A program made the position numbers and the translations under genes. From Cyanophora paradoxa CCMP329 (Eukaryota; Plantae; Glaucophyta), in NCBI GenBank assembly GCA_004431415.1, contig QPMI01000445.1, positions 124,001 to 188,000 of the forward strand: DNA of 64,000 nt, given 5' to 3'. Shown piece after piece: positions 26,053 through 39,800 of the stretch. Positions within the stretch are counted from its first letter, which is position 1. Every line of letters starts with the position of its first letter. A model generated the notes under the pieces. The model had not been told where the DNA came from, did no database searches, and saw only the letters and a list, made by a program, of their open reading frames with translations.

Positions 26053-29000
26053 ATGAAGCTGCACCCAGAGGGCCCCGGCCCAACCGGTGACCCGCCGGAC
26101 ATCGGGCCGAACAGCACCTCTGTTGAGCTCGCGCCCCTCAGCGAGCTGGGCCCTGCGCGTGCACAACGTCGCTCAGAAGATAAGGACGACCTTCGGAGCC
26201 CCTCGCCGCCGCGGGCGCCGTCCAGAGGCAGCCGCAGCGAGAGCAGAGTCTCTGTGAGGGCCACCCCTCGGGCCCTCCGCGTGATCGGTAAAGGCTTGAC
26301 CCGCGCAAGCGCATTTGCGAGAAGGCTCTTTCCATCGATTCTGGAATGGTGCGCAGTCAATACAGCCCGCGCGGCGACGCCCCGCGGGCCGCTGCTCCTC
26401 GAGCCGACGTTGTGTTCGCGCAGGGTTTTGGCCAGCCTTCGCAGCAAGAGCATCATCTGCTTGGGGGCAGCAACCTTCTCGCTCGTCGCTGTGATTGCGG
26501 GGCTAACGCTCACGGTGCGCGAGTTCGCCCGCCCAATTCGAACCCGCCGCATGCTTGAGTGACAGCCGACCGCCGCAGGTCATCCCCGCAAGCTTCGCGC
26601 GGATCGAGCGCCTCGACATGGAAGGTGCGCGCACGACCCCGCTCAGCGGCCGCGTGTCCTGGGGCGGCGCTCACGCGGCGCGCGCCGGCTCCCGCGCAGC
26701 GAATGTGCTTCGCTTCGGCGTGGCGCTGCAGACCGACCTCGCCTCGTACCGGGACAAGCTCGTGCGCCAGCGCGCCGCTAGCGCGCCGCTAGCGCGCCGC
26801 CGCGCCCGCCGCACCGCGCAACGCCTCACCCGCGCCCCGACCCGCCCCGCCGCCCGCCGCAGGTCCTGTTCGCGCAGGTCGCCCCACCACCCCCATCCGC
26901 CGCCGCGCGCCGCCGCGCGACGCCGGGCCGACGGGCGCGCTCGCAGTGGGACGCGACGGTGGACATGACGCTGGCGGCCTCGGCGGACGGCGAGGACCCG
27001 TCCGTGCAGGCCTACCTGCGCGCCCCGCCCCCCCCGCCCCTCCCGGGCCGCCTCTGACGGGGGCGGGCGCAGGAGGGAGAACTTCGAGGGCTCCCTCATG
27101 GACGCCGCCAGCTCCGACTTCGCCCTCTGTCCGCCCCGCCCCGCCCCGCCCCGCCCCGCCCCGCCCCGCCCCGCCCCGCCCCGCCCCGCCCGACGCGGGG
27201 ACCGCCAGTCTACGACCGGGGGGGGCGGATGGTCGCGAGCGCCGTGCGGCCGGGCCTGCGCGTGCCGCCCGCCCTGCGGTCCCTGGACCCCGGCAGCCCC
27301 TTCTGGGGCGTGGGCGCCGACCTCGCCGCCGTCCGCTCGGGCCTCCTCGTCCTCGATACCCCACTAGAGATCCCGGGCTCCCGCGCCGAGGCCCGTACCC
27401 CCCGCCCGCCCCCGCGCGCGGCCCCGCGGCCCGCCGACGCTCCCGCAGGCCCACGCCGCTTCCTCCGGCGCGCTGGGGCGGCTCCTCATCGTGCGCCGCA
27501 CCGCCCTCCCGCCCCGCCGCCCCTCACGGCCCCCGACCCCGCCCGCAGGTCGCCGCCATGAACACTCAGAAGTCCGAAGGCACAGGCGACTCCTTCGGCA
27601 CGACGGTCCGGCCCCCCGCCGTTCCCTCCGCCCCCGCCGAGGCCTCTGCCCCCGCAGCTCTTCGCCCGCCGCTTCAGCGCGTCCGAGCTCGCGTCACTCG
27701 CGTATCGCACCCAGGCGCCCCCCCCCCCCCCCCCCCAACTCCGCCCGCCTCCCCGCCCCGCGCCTCACGCGGGGCGCCCCTCGCAGATCTGCGCGACCGG
27801 GGCGGCCCTGCCCCTCCCCGGGCCCGCCCCCTCGGACCTGGCCGAGGCGGCGGCAGCGGCGTCGGCCTCGAGCGCGGCGCGCGTGGCGCCGGGCTCGGCG
27901 CTGCGGCAGGGGGACGGCCTCCTCCTCGTACGCCCCGTCGAGCCGGCCCACCTCCGCCCCGCCCCGGGCGCGGCGGCGCCGGTGCGGGCGTGCGCGGACG
28001 CGGCGGCGGCGGCGGTGCCGGCGGACGCGGAGCGGGTGGCGGCGTACCTCGCCGTGGCCGGCGCGCAGGGCGGCCCCGCCCTCCTCCTCCGCCTCGACCG
28101 GCCCCGCGACGTCGTCGACACGGTCCGCCCCGACCCGCCCCGCCCGCCCGGGGGCCCCTCCCCCGCCCCGCCCCCCTCCCCTCACGCTCGTGGGCGGCGG
28201 GGGCGCAGGGGGCGGCGGCGACGCGGCTGATCTTTCTGTGCCTGATCATCGCGGGGGGCGTCTTCTTCACGTCGGCCCTCGTCTTCCTCGAGGTCATGGT
28301 CCTCCGCGGTCCGGCCCCGACGCCCCCCGCCCCGGGCCCCCGCCCCCAGCCGGCCGCCTCACCGCCGCCCCGCCCCCGCCGCCCCCACAGCGCTCTCGCG
28401 GATGACGAACCAGATCCGGGCGATCGCGAGCGCGGACGACATCGGGGCGCGCATCACCATGCCCCGCCTCCACGCCACCGACGAGGCGCGCCCGGCCGCC
28501 CCGCGCCCGCCCCCCCCCCCTCCCCCCCGACCCGCCCCTGACCGCCGGGCAGGTGGGCGTGCTCGCGGAGGCGCTGAACCTCACCCTCTCCGTCATCCAG
28601 GTGCCCCGTGCCCCGATGGGCGCTGAGGGGGCGCTGAGGCGGGGCGGGGCGGGGCAGCGGTCGCGGGAGGCGATCGGGCGGGCGGAGGAGGACGCGCGGG
28701 AGCTCCTCTACTCCACCTGCCCCCGGCCCCTCGCCGACCGCCTCCTCGGCGGCGAGGCCCGCACCCCCCCTCCTCCCTCCTCTCTCTGCTCTCTGACGCC
28801 GCCGGGGCAGGCGCTCGTGGCCGGCGGCAGCGTGGTCGCCTCGGCCGTCTGCGTCCGCGTCGTCAGCTCCCGCGGGGCGCCCCGCGACTGGCGCGCCGGC
28901 AGCGCCGACCTCACCCTGCCCCGCGAGGGCGGCGCGGCGGGGGCAGGCCCCGCCGCGGGGCAGCTGGACGCGGCGTCGTTCGTGCACGTGTGGAACACGG

Positions 29001-30911
29001 CGCTGTGCGCGCTGGACCGGCTCTGCGCGCTGCGCGGCGTCGACCCCTTCATCGTCGCCGGCGACGCCCTCCTCACCGTCACCGGCATGCCCCTCTGGTC
29101 CGGCGCCCACGCCCGCGTGCGCCCCGCCCCCCTCCCCCCCCCCCCCCGCCCCGCCCGCCCCGCCGACGGCCCCGCAGGAGGCGGTCGAGCTCGCCCTCGA
29201 CGCCGCCGAGGTCCGCCCCGTACCCCCCGCGCCTTTTCCCCCCCCCTGACTCTTCCCCCCCTCCCCGCGTAGGTGGTGGAGCGGGTCGGGGCGTACCTGT
29301 CGGTGCCCCTCGCGGCCCGCGTCGGGGTCGCCTCGGGCTGGATGGCCTGCGGCGTCCTCCGCCGCCCCGCCATCAAGCGCTACCCCTTCAACGGTCCGCC
29401 CCCGCGCCCGTACCCCCCGACCGCTCCCCCCCGAACGCCGCGTACCCCCCGCAGTGTGGGGCGCGCCGGTGACGGACGCGATGCGGCTGGCGGAGGTGGC
29501 GCCCCTCGGGCAGGTCGCCCTCACCCGCGACGCCCTCGCCGCCCTACCCCGCCCGTGCGCCCCCCCCCCCCCCCCCCCTTCCCTCTATCCCCCGCTGGGG
29601 CTGACCCGTCGCCCTTCGACCAGATCGCCGCCCTGAACAACCCCGACGTGAGCCCCACGAACCTGGGTGCCGGGGGCACCCTGCTGCCCCCCTTCGTACT
29701 GCCCCCTGTCGCCCGCGGTCTGCGCCCCCCTACACCCTTCCACCCCCGCGGCTGACCTCCGCCCCCGCGGCCACCAGAGGGCGTGCTCCCGCCGCCGGCC
29801 TTGGCCCCGCCGGCGACGGCCGGGGAGGCGCCGGCGCCGGCGCCGCCAGCGGAGGGCGTGGGGTACGCGGAGCTGGCGCGGCGGGAGGGGCCGAGCGGGC
29901 ACCTGGAGTCGGTGCTGCCCGGGCGGGACGCGGCGGACGAGGCGCCGGACGTCGAGCTCGTGCGCCGCCTCATGCCCTCGCTCCTCTGGGAGGCCTCCGC
30001 CGCCGGCCAGGGCCGGGGCCTCCTCCAGAGCAAGATCCGGGGGCGCCGCCCAGGCGAGCCCGCGCCCCGCCGCGGCCTCCGCGCCGGCTCCCACGCCTCG
30101 GGCGAGGGGGCGGCCTCGGGGAGCGCGACCCCCGGGGTGTCGCCCACGCCCCGCAACCTCTCCCCGCAGCTCTCGGGGCGCTTCAGCCCCTTCACCGCCG
30201 GCCTCTTCGCCCTCTCGCCCTCCTTCCGCCGCAGCTCGGCGGGGATCGGCGCCGGGGCCCTGCAGGCGCCGGCCCCGCCCTCGGCGGTGCGCCTCCCGCG
30301 GGCCGCCTCGTCGCGGACGCGGATGGAGCCGCCGGTGCCGGAGGAGGAGCCGCCGACGCCGGTGACGCCGCTGCGGGCGGGCCCCGCCACGCGCCACGGC
30401 TCGGCCTCCTTCATCATCGAGTTCCCCACGCACCCGCCCTCCCCCGCCCTCGTCTCCCCGGGCCTCGTCTCCCCCGGCATCCGCGGCGCCCCCTCCGGGC
30501 CCGAGCCGCCAGCCATCTCGGTGGCATCCGAGCAGGGCCCCGCCGCCCACGGGCTCGCCCTGCACCTGCCGCCCCCGCTCTCGTACGGGCGGCAGCGGGC
30601 GGCGGGGGCGCGCCCGTCGCTCGAGTCGAGCGCGGCGACGCTGACGACGAGCGGGGCGGACGCCGCCTCGTTCCGCGCCGGCTCCATCGTCAGCCTCGGC
30701 TCGGCCCTCGAGGGCGGCCCCTCCGCCTCCGCCTGGCTCCCCCGCAGCTCCGTCGCCTCCAGCACCGCCCCCGACCGCGACGAGCCCGCCCCGCCCCGCC
30801 GCGACCGGCGCCGGCGCGGGGCCGCTGCTGCTCGGCCCCGCGGTCCCGACCCTGCCCCCCTTGCACCCCGCCGAGGGCGCCCTGGGCCCCCTGCAGCGCG
30901 CCCGGCCGTGA
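26053..30911 (+). CDS. Membrane sensor: TM-CHASE4-like-TM-HAMP-class III nucleotide cyclase-like domain, Pro/Ser-rich tail (3' end approximate)
   Basis: TM SIICLGAATFSLVAVIAGLTLT; FARIERLDME..NVLRF...QWDAT (CHASE4-like); TM LIFLCLIIAGGVFFTSALVFLE; HAMP ...DIGARI...DEVGVLAEALN; ELLYSTCPRPLADRL; AGDALLTVTG; RVGVASG; VWGAPVTDAMRL. Confidence 0.75.
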
Positions 30912-31533
30912 GGGGCGCCCGGGCCCCCGCCCGGCCCTGCGCCGTCGACTTGTCTTCGGAGCCTCTCATAGAGAGCTATAGCTACTATTGTCAACGTTCC
31001 CCCGCGCATACTAAGTTATTCGTTTTCGTTTCCATGGTCCCCGCCGCAGCGTTGCCATGATGATGCAGGCCTAGGATCAGAATCGCTATGTACATGTACG
31101 TACCTTGCCTCAGTTCTAGTTTCAAGAATAGTTATCCTTCGAGGCTCGCTAGATCTAGATGAAACGTTAACTAGCTATTATTCCCAAAGTTCCTCGAGCT
31201 TCCTGCGAACTTCGAATTCCTCACTTCCTCAAGAGAGACACTGGCGCCGGCGCGGCCCATGGCGTGCTAGATCTAGCTATAGGTGCCGAAACATTTCGAG
31301 GGCGATAGGTACGCGTGAGCCGCGCGCGCCGCCCGGCGGCCGCCGCCGTCGCATGCGCAGCGCTAGCGCTAGCCGCGGCCGGCCCGCGCTTAGCTCGCGA
31401 TCGACGCAACCGACTTGCAAATTGCAATTGGGCGCGGCTGGGCGGCTAGCGCTTGACGGCTTCATCGCGCCGCGCGGCTTGGCGTTGGCGTTACCCCAGC
31501 GCTCCATAAAGCAGCGGACCGGACTCCGACGAA

Positions 31534-34122
31534 ATGTCTTCGCCCGAAGAGTCGAAATCGAAGCGGGCGAGGCGCTCCGGTGCGCGGGCTAGCGCGGCAC
31601 CGGTCGCCCGCAATCCCTTCGCCCTCTCTCAACCCTGCCACCGCAGAGCCCTCCGAATCTCTCGAAGGGACGTCGGCTTCGTTCGACGAATCCATCGGTG
31701 CGCCGTTCTCGCAAGATCTCCACCTAGCTGCGCGTTCGCCCCGCGCGGGCAAGAACTTCAGAACTCTTCCGTTTACGCGGGCGCAAGTTTAGATCTACAC
31801 CCGAGCGCCAAGCGCATTCTGCATCGCCTGATCTGCCATACGCGCAGCTCCGCCCTCGACTGGAGCTGCGGCGGCGGGGGGCGGCGGGGAGGAGGGGCGG
31901 GCGGTCGCTTCGCTGCCGCGGGACCTGCTCTCGCACGTCTTCGGCCTCCTCGACGTCGCGGAGCGCTCCCGCGCCTCCCGCGTCTGCCGCCGCTGGCGCG
32001 CCGTCGCCCTCGAGGCCCCGCACAGCGCCCGCCTCGCCCTCCGGTGCGCCCCGCGGCCGGAGCCCCCGCGCGTCTCGCGGCCCGGCCGGCCCGCGCTGAC
32101 GCCTCGCCGGTAGCCTGCTGCACGGGTGGGACTCGAACCTCATTGCCATCGACTTCGACGACGAGGGGAGGGTATACCAGGAGTGGCCGGAAGAGTCCTG
32201 CGCGCCCGACCCGACGGCGCTGACGGAGTCGCAGCTCCTGCTCGCCCTCCGATCGCCCCTCGCCGTCGGGCTCGCGTCGCTCAGCGTCGCCCTCGGCCGC
32301 GCCGCAGCAGCGCCGGCGCCCAGGCCCGACCCCCAGGCGCGCGCGACCAGAGTCTGGCCCCTCCGCGCCCTCGTCGAGTCCCTCCCGAAGACCGTGACCA
32401 GCCTGGAGCTCACCTTCGGGGAGTCGTACCCGGGCTGCGCGTGGGACGAGGAGGAGGGGAGGATCTGCGGCGAGCTGGACCGGCTCGACGAGTTCGCGCC
32501 GCAGCTGCGCGAGCTGGCCCTCCTCAACAAGCCCGACCGGCTCGACTCGTGGGTGCCGGTGCACTCGGGGCTGGAGCGGCTGGACGCCGGGCCGCTGGCC
32601 GTCGTCCCGCGGGAGCTGCTCGCGCGGCTGCCCCGCCTCCAGCGCCTCGCCGCCCTCGACCCCAGCGGCGGCTGGCGCGCCCCGCTGTACACGTCCGCCC
32701 AGCGCGGCTCCCTCGTCGACCTCGCGCGGCGCGGCCTGCGGGTGCGCCCCCGCCCCCGCCCCCGCCCCGTCCCCCGCTCTCTCTTCCGCCTGACCGCCGG
32801 GGCGGGGTCGGGCGCGCGCAGGTGCGCTCGCTGGACGCCGCCAAAGTGGACATGGCCGAGGAGTGCGCCCTCGACGCCGTCTCCGCCCTCTTCCGCCCCG
32901 GAGACGTCCCCTTCGGGCGCGGGCCCGCCAAGCTCGCCCTCAGCTTCGACCGGCTGCCGCCCGGCGGCCTGCCCGACACGCTCGGGGCCGGCGCGGAGTG
33001 GTGCGCCGCGCTCGCCGCGTTGATGCAGCTGCCACCGGGGCCAGAGCGCCGAACGCTTCCCGCAGGATCGTGTGCTCTGGGGCGCCGCGGCCATCCGTTC
33101 TTCCGTGGCTTTCTGGTGGGCCCAGCGCGCGCGCGCTGCGCCCCCTCGCCGCTGCGCGCGCGATCCGAGACCGTCCGCAGCGATTTCGCGCCGTGCGCAC
33201 CTCGAGCGCCTCGAGCTGGAGCCGAGCGGCGCCCAGGAGAGCGTCAGCCCGCGTGCGCCGCAGTCCCGGCGCGCCGGCTCCAGAGCTCTCCGCTCACTGC
33301 GCCGCAGGTGAGCTGCTGGCGGCTCTGCAGGGCTGCCGCGAGGGCCTGCAGGTGCCCGAGCGCCCCTCGTCTTCGAACTCGCTTCTGTCCATGCCCCCGA
33401 CACCGGCGGGCAGATCGAGCTGCACTGGCCGGAGGAGCGGGACGGCTCGACCTGGACCTACCGCGCCGGCCTCGTCGAGGGTGCGTGCGGAGCAAGGCGG
33501 CAGCCGACCGCGCAAGCTCCTCCAAACGGCGCGATCTCCGCAGCGTGCGCGCTCGTCGTGCAGGACCGGGCGCTCCTCCGGGCCCTCTCCGTCCTCCCTC
33601 GAGGCCCTCGCTTCGGCCTGAACTCCACCCGCCTGCCGCACCCGGGCCTCGCCGCGCTCACCATCTGCCGCCTCGAGCGCGTGCGCGGGCGCCCCCGCCC
33701 GCTCCACCCACCCGCCCCCCGCCTAACTCTCCGCAGTTCGGCGTGCAGCACGAGCGCGGCGAGGTCGACCTGCAGGACCTGCGCCGCTTCTTCTACGACC
33801 TCCAGACCGCCACGCGCAAGGCGAGCAGTTCGCTCCGCTTCGCCGCGTCACCGCCTCACCCCCCGGCAGCTGAGCATCCAGATCGGCCTGGCGGGGCAGA
33901 GTGGCCGCGAGCCGCCGGAGGGCTCCGCCGCCGAGCTGGCGATGTGCGCGCATCCGATCCAATAAGCGCCCTTCCAAGGGCACGATCGCTGATGCGGGGG
34001 GCAGGTACGAGGAGGTCGAGGGGCGGGCGCGGGCGTACCTCCCCGAGGACGAGGAGGACCCCGCCGAGGCCTACGAGGAGGACTGCCGCCGGGAGCTCTT
34101 CGAGAGCCTGGGCCTGCCGTAG
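31534..34122 (+). CDS. F-box protein with leucine-rich C-terminal region
   Basis: F-box motif SLPRDLLSHVFGLLDVAERSRASRVCRRWRAVA near 31910-32010, followed by LRR-like segments (LRELALLN, LPRLQRL, LERLELE); ends ...ELFESLGLP*. Confidence 0.75.
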
Positions 34123-34487
34123 CCCCGCGCTCCTCGGCCCCTGGTCTTGTGTCTTGCCGTGCGCCGCGGCGCGCGCGGCGCTTCTCGCGCTCACGCGCCG
34201 ATCGCCGTTACCGATCTCACGCAGAGCTTGATCTAATATCGTCAGGCGCTCCGCTTCTTTTAGGTTCTGTGGGCAGTATACGTAGACGGACAGCGCTGTA
34301 CTGTCGCGTCCTGATTTTTTTCGTTTTTCTCCCGGGTCCTCCCGCACTCTTTGTCTGTGAATGTGCCTGTCTTTATAGCCATATCTTCTCTCGTTGTTGT
34401 GCCGCGGTGAGTGCAGCTTGCAGGCAGCGTGCTTGTGCGTGCGCGTGGCTCTGCGGGCTCGATTCGGTTCGGTTCGGTTCGGGGGGG

Positions 34488-36370
34488 CTAGCTGGGGAAG
34501 GCGAGGAGCTGGAAGAGGGTGAGGGCGACGGTGACGGAGGGGACGCAGGCGATGTACTGCGCGAGGAGCAGGCGCGCCACGGCGGGCGCCTCCCCGCTGC
34601 CCCGCATCGTCGCGAACGTCGCCACCGACTGCGCCGTCGGCCTGCCCGCCCCCGCCCCCGCGTGAGGGGCGCCGGCGGGGCGGGGCGGGGCGGGGCCCTG
34701 GGGCGCGGACATGGCCTGCTCGGCGAGGAGGACGAGCTTGGCGAGGGGGTCCCGCGGCAGCAGCCCCGCCCGCTCCGCAGCCAGCACGAGCCCCGCGTTG
34801 ATCGCCGGGTGCGCCACCAGCTTCACGAACGTCACCACCGCCTGCGCCCCCGCCGCACGCGTCGGCTTCGGCTCGGCTTCGGCGCCTGGGAGCGACCCCG
34901 CGCGCCGCGCCGCGCGGGCGGACGCACAGTGACGAGGTGGCCGTAGTAGGCGGCGTGGCCGGGCCCGGCGCCGGGGACCTCGCCGCGGCGCGCGAGCGAG
35001 GCCGCGAGGACGACGGTGTCGACGGGGATGCAGGCCGCCCCCACCATCGCCACGGCCGCGTAGATGTCCCGCAGCGGCGCCTCGGGCCCCCACGCCAGGC
35101 CCCGCAGCGCCGGGGTGAGCCCCACCACGAAGGCCGCCACCGTCGCGATGAAGGGCGGCGTCGCGAAGACCGACGCGTAGGGCCCCGCCCGCGCCGCCAC
35201 CCGCCGCGCCGCCGCCCACGCCCCGGAGCCGCCGCCGCCGGCGCGCCGGCCGCGCTCCTCGGCGGACGACGCGGAGGGGGAGGCGAGGGGTGCGCGGGGA
35301 CGGGCTCCGGGAGGGGCGCGCGGGGCGCGGGGGCCTCCGCGTCCTCCTCGTACTTCGCGCTCGCCTCGGGCCCCTCGGGGCCCGGCCGGGCGAGGGGCGG
35401 CAGCGGCGCCACCCGCCGCCGCACGCCGCGCAGCGCCTCGGGGAGAGCCGCGCCGCCCGGCGCCGCCCGCTCCTCGACCGCCGCCTCCGCCGCCGCTGGC
35501 TTGGCCCCCGCCTCGCCGGGAAAAGGCGGGGCCGAGGGCAACGGGTACAGCGGCAGCGAGGCCGCCTGCACGGCGGGGAGTGCCGCGGCCCGGGGCGGCG
35601 GGGGCGCGGGGACAGACTCCGGGATCGCCCTGCGGGGGCCGTCGGCCCACAGCGCGGCCCACGCCCCGGCACGCGCGGGAGGGGGCGCGCGCACAGGCGA
35701 GGGGGGTACAGGATGCGCTCGCCGAAGGTGAGGAATGTGAGGTTCCAGCCGATGGTGTACAGGAAGATGTAGGCCTGCCCGCGGCGCTCGGCGGTCGGGT
35801 CCTCCAGAAGGAACGGCGACGTCCGCGCGAGAGCCGTGATCAGGATGAGCGGCAGATTCGCGCAATTTATGTACGCGCAGGTGCCGAGGACCACGCGGCT
35901 GCGGAGGGATCGGCGGGGTGCGCGAAGCGAGGGGGGGCGGGGGTACCGCGCTTCGTCCCGCTCCACGCGGCAGGCGGTGGCGGCTGCCCAGCCGAGGCCG
36001 TAGCCGATGACGATGTTGATGAAGGAAGCCACGGGGAATATCCACAGCTCGCGCAGGGCCTCGGCGCTCAGCGATTGCGCGAGCTTGTCTGCCTCGCCCC
36101 TCCAGCTCAGCGACCGCGGGGAGGGCCAGTGCTCTCGGGAAACGCGCACCGAACAGGAGACACGGAAGCAGAATCATGAAAGTCAGCCTCCCGATGACCC
36201 TCGTGTTCTGGAACGTGAGGAGGCCCTTGTAGACTCCTGCGCGCGATCAGTCTCTCGCCGTCACGCGCGTGCAAGCGCGGCGCACCGTAAAAGCCAAACG
36301 TGCAAATTATGACGACGTTGAGTATGGAGAAAACAACGGACTTGAAGACAGGCAATATCACTACGGCCAT
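34488..36370 (-). CDS. PILS/auxin-efflux-carrier-like membrane transporter
   Basis: MAVVILPVFKSVVFSILNVVIICTFG, RLTFMILLPCLLF, LWIFPVASFINIVIGYGLG, INCANLPLILITAL, RGQAYIFLY, TPPFIATVAAFVVGL, GAACIP and AMPTAQ, the AEC/PILS family pattern. Confidence 0.82.
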
Positions 36371-36862
36371 TCTGCAGCTGGGCGCTGCACTTCTCTTTCG
36401 CTACAAGAGTCGGAAGCGGGGCGACTGTCCGCTGTCACGGGGCTGAGGAGATGCTTAAGCGCGGGCTAGCGCTGGCGCCCCTCACTCCCCGCCCTGCAGG
36501 CTGCAGCTGCGGAGGCGCGGCGCGCCCTGAAAGTGGGCGACCCGAAAGTGAGCGACCCGGGGCGAGCGGTGCGGAGCAAGAGAGAGTGTGTGCTGATGAA
36601 GTCAAGCTGCCTTCCTCACGCGTCATGCACGGCACTCCGGTGCGCGGCGTTGCTGGACAGTACTACGGTCGGGGCACGCAGAGCACGCAGAGGCTGCGCG
36701 CCGATGCCAGGTGGCTGACTAATTGAGCTACGCAGATAGGTACCCGCCGCTACCCCTCAACTGGTGACGTGCGATGCGGTCGAGGCCTGCCCCAGGTCAG
36801 CAGTACTAACGACTGTACCCCGGAGAGTCTGAGCTGACTGGCGTTGTCCAGCAGCCGCGACG

Positions 36863-39800
36863 ATGGAGGAGGCCAGGCGCGCTTCCACGAGCACGCCGCC
36901 GGCGATCCCTCCGCCTCCGCCGCCCCGCAAATCCCGGAGCACCGACAGTCCGGCGCCAGTTCTGCCCGATGCGGTCCCGGCGTCGGGCTCCGGCGCAGCT
37001 GAGGAGCCGGCGGTTCCTAAGGCGCCGTCCAGGAGTCACAAAATCGAGATCATCCGCCAGCGTTACTGCGAGATGCCCCCGCGTGAGCAGATGCAGACGT
37101 CCACGCTTTTCGACGAGAAAACCGGCGAGCCGCAGTGCGACGTCCTGCGGGACTTCTTCTTCCGGGTGCCCTCCGTCTGCCGCCGCCCCTAGCGTCCCGA
37201 GCGCGTCGCCTGGGCATCTGCTCCCTCACTCCCCTAACGCCGCGTTCCCTCAATAGGAAGGAAGGCTCAGCATCGACTGCTGTGCCGCCGTGCTGGAGCG
37301 CGCGACTGCCCGGCTGCGGAAAGAGCCGAACTTGCTCAAGCTCACGTCACCAGTCACCGTACGTACTGCGGACTCGTTCTGTTACCTTCTGCAGCTCCGC
37401 CCTTCTCTTTTGAAACGTACGGCGCCCCCAGATCGTCGGCGACATCCACGGACAGTTCTACGACATGCTCCGGATGTTTGAGAGTGCGCGTCCCCGCCCT
37501 TGGCCGCGGGCCCGCAGCGGCTAACCGAGGCTCCTTCGTAGTCGGCGGGCCCGCGGCGGACACGCAGTACCTCTTTCTGGGCGACTATGTTGACCGCGGC
37601 GCGTTCTCAACGGAGACCATGCTGTACCTCTGCGCGCTCAAGATTCGCTACCCGAAGACGGTCTGGCTGCTCCGCGGAAACCACGAGTGCAGGTGCCACT
37701 CCCTTTCCCCGCGCGCCGTTTCCTCTTTCCCCCTGACGGCCCGCCGCAGGCACATCACGGAGTGAGCGACGGTGGCCGCGCCGCGCGCCACCGGCCGCGC
37801 TGACCCGCCGCAGGTACTTCAATTTTAAAACCGAGTGCCACAAGAAGTACTCGCCGAGGATCTACGACCTGTTCTGCGAGGTGCGCCGCGGCCTCAGCTC
37901 GAAGAGCCCCCGCGCCTGCCCGCGAGCCGCCCGCCCCGCAGATGTTCGACGCGCTGCCTCTGGCCGCCGTCGTGGATAAAAAGGTGCCCCGCGCCCGCCG
38001 CCCTGCTCCGTCGCCGCGCCCCGCCGGCCGGCCTGACGCGGCCGGGCGGCAGTACTTCTGCGTGCACGCCGGCATCTCGCCGGAGATGCGCACGCCGGAG
38101 GACGTAAACAAGGTTCGCCCTGCCGGCCGCTCCAGTGCCCCGGCCGAGGACGAGGCGCGCTGACTGCGCGCCCTCCAGATCAACCGCTTCCGGGAGCTCC
38201 CGGGGACGGGCATGTTCGCGGACCTCTGCTGGTCGGGTGCGACAGCGCGCCGCTCTGCTCGGGGCCGGCGGGCTCACGCCCGAGCGGCAGACCCGATGGA
38301 GGACGACCAGGACACGGGCGACGTCGAGTACGTCCACAACTCCTCCCGCGGTCCGCCCCGCCCCGCCCCGCCCCGCCCCGCCCCGCCCCGCCCCGGCTGA
38401 GCGGCGGGGCGGGCAGGCACCTCGTACTTCTTTGGCTTCGCCGCCGCCTGCAACTTCCTCAACCGTGCGGGCCGCCCCCTCCGCCCCTCCCCGCCCCGCC
38501 CCGCGCCGCCCCCGACCAGGCCGACGGTGCCGGGCGAACAGGGAACGGGCTGGTGTCGATCCTGCGGGGGCACGAGGTGCAGGACGCGGGGTTCAAGCTG
38601 CACCGGGCGATGGACTCGACGCGCTTCCCCACAGTCGTCACCCTCTTCAGCGCCCCCAACTACTGCGACCTCTACGGCAACAAGGGCGCTATCCTCCGCC
38701 TCTCCCGCGAGAAGGTGCCCGCGCCTCTCGCCCCGCCCCTCGCGGCGCACGCCCGAGCGAGCCCGCCGGGTCCCCGCCCGCGCAGTTCGACATCAAGCAG
38801 TTCAGCATGGTCCAGCACCCGTGCGCCGCGCCCCCTCCGGCAGGCCCCGCCCGGCCCCGCTCACGCCGGGCGGCGGGGCAGGTACGTGCTGCCGAACTCG
38901 ATCGACGCGCTCTCGTGGTCCCTGCCCTTCCTCGCCGAGTCCGTCTGCGCCATGCTCCTCGGTCCGCCCCGCGCGCCGCCCGCCCGCCCGCCCGTCCCGC
39001 CACCCCCGAGCCCGGCCTGGGGCAGGCATCATCCGGTACGGGGAGTCGGAGCGGGACAAGGCCAAGGCGGCGCGGCGGCTGGCCGGCGGGGCGGCGGCGG
39101 CGGGGGCGGACGGGGAGGAGGACGAGGACTCGAGCACGGACGAGGAGGTGACGGCGGAGGAGGCGGCGGCGGCGGAGAGCGCGGAGCAGCGCCGCGCCCG
39201 CATCAAGTCCAAGCTCCGCGCCGTCGTACACATGATGAGCGGTCCGCCCCCGCCCCGCCGCCCCGACGCCCTCCCCCCGCCCCCATCCTCACCGCCCCGC
39301 AGTCTACAAGACGCTGCGCGAGGAGGCCGAGATCGTCTGTCGTGCGCCCGCCGCCCCGCGCCCCGCCCCGCGGGCCCCTTCTGAGCGCCCCGGCGGCCGG
39401 CGGGCAGAGCTGAAGGGCCTGTCGACGGGGTCGAAGCTGCCGCCGGGGCTGCTGCGGCAGGGCGCCGTGGGCCTCCGCGAGGCCCTCGTCTCCTTCGCCG
39501 AGGCCAAGGTAGCCGCCCCGCGCCGGGCCCCCGCCGCGCCCCCCCGGCTGAGCCCGCCCCGCGCAGCGCATGGACAGCCTCAACGAGCGCCACCCCGACT
39601 TCCGCTCCACCGGTGCGCCCCGCGCCCCCCGCCCCCTTCCTTCTCTTATCCTGCCCCTCGCGCCAGATGCCGCCGCCGATGCGGCCGTGGGGGATCTCAC
39701 GAGCAGCCACAGCCTCGCCGGCGGCGCCGGCGCCGCCTCGAAGGTGCCCCTGCCGCCCCCCCTCGCCTCCCCCGCCTCCGCCGACGCGGCGCCCGCCCGC

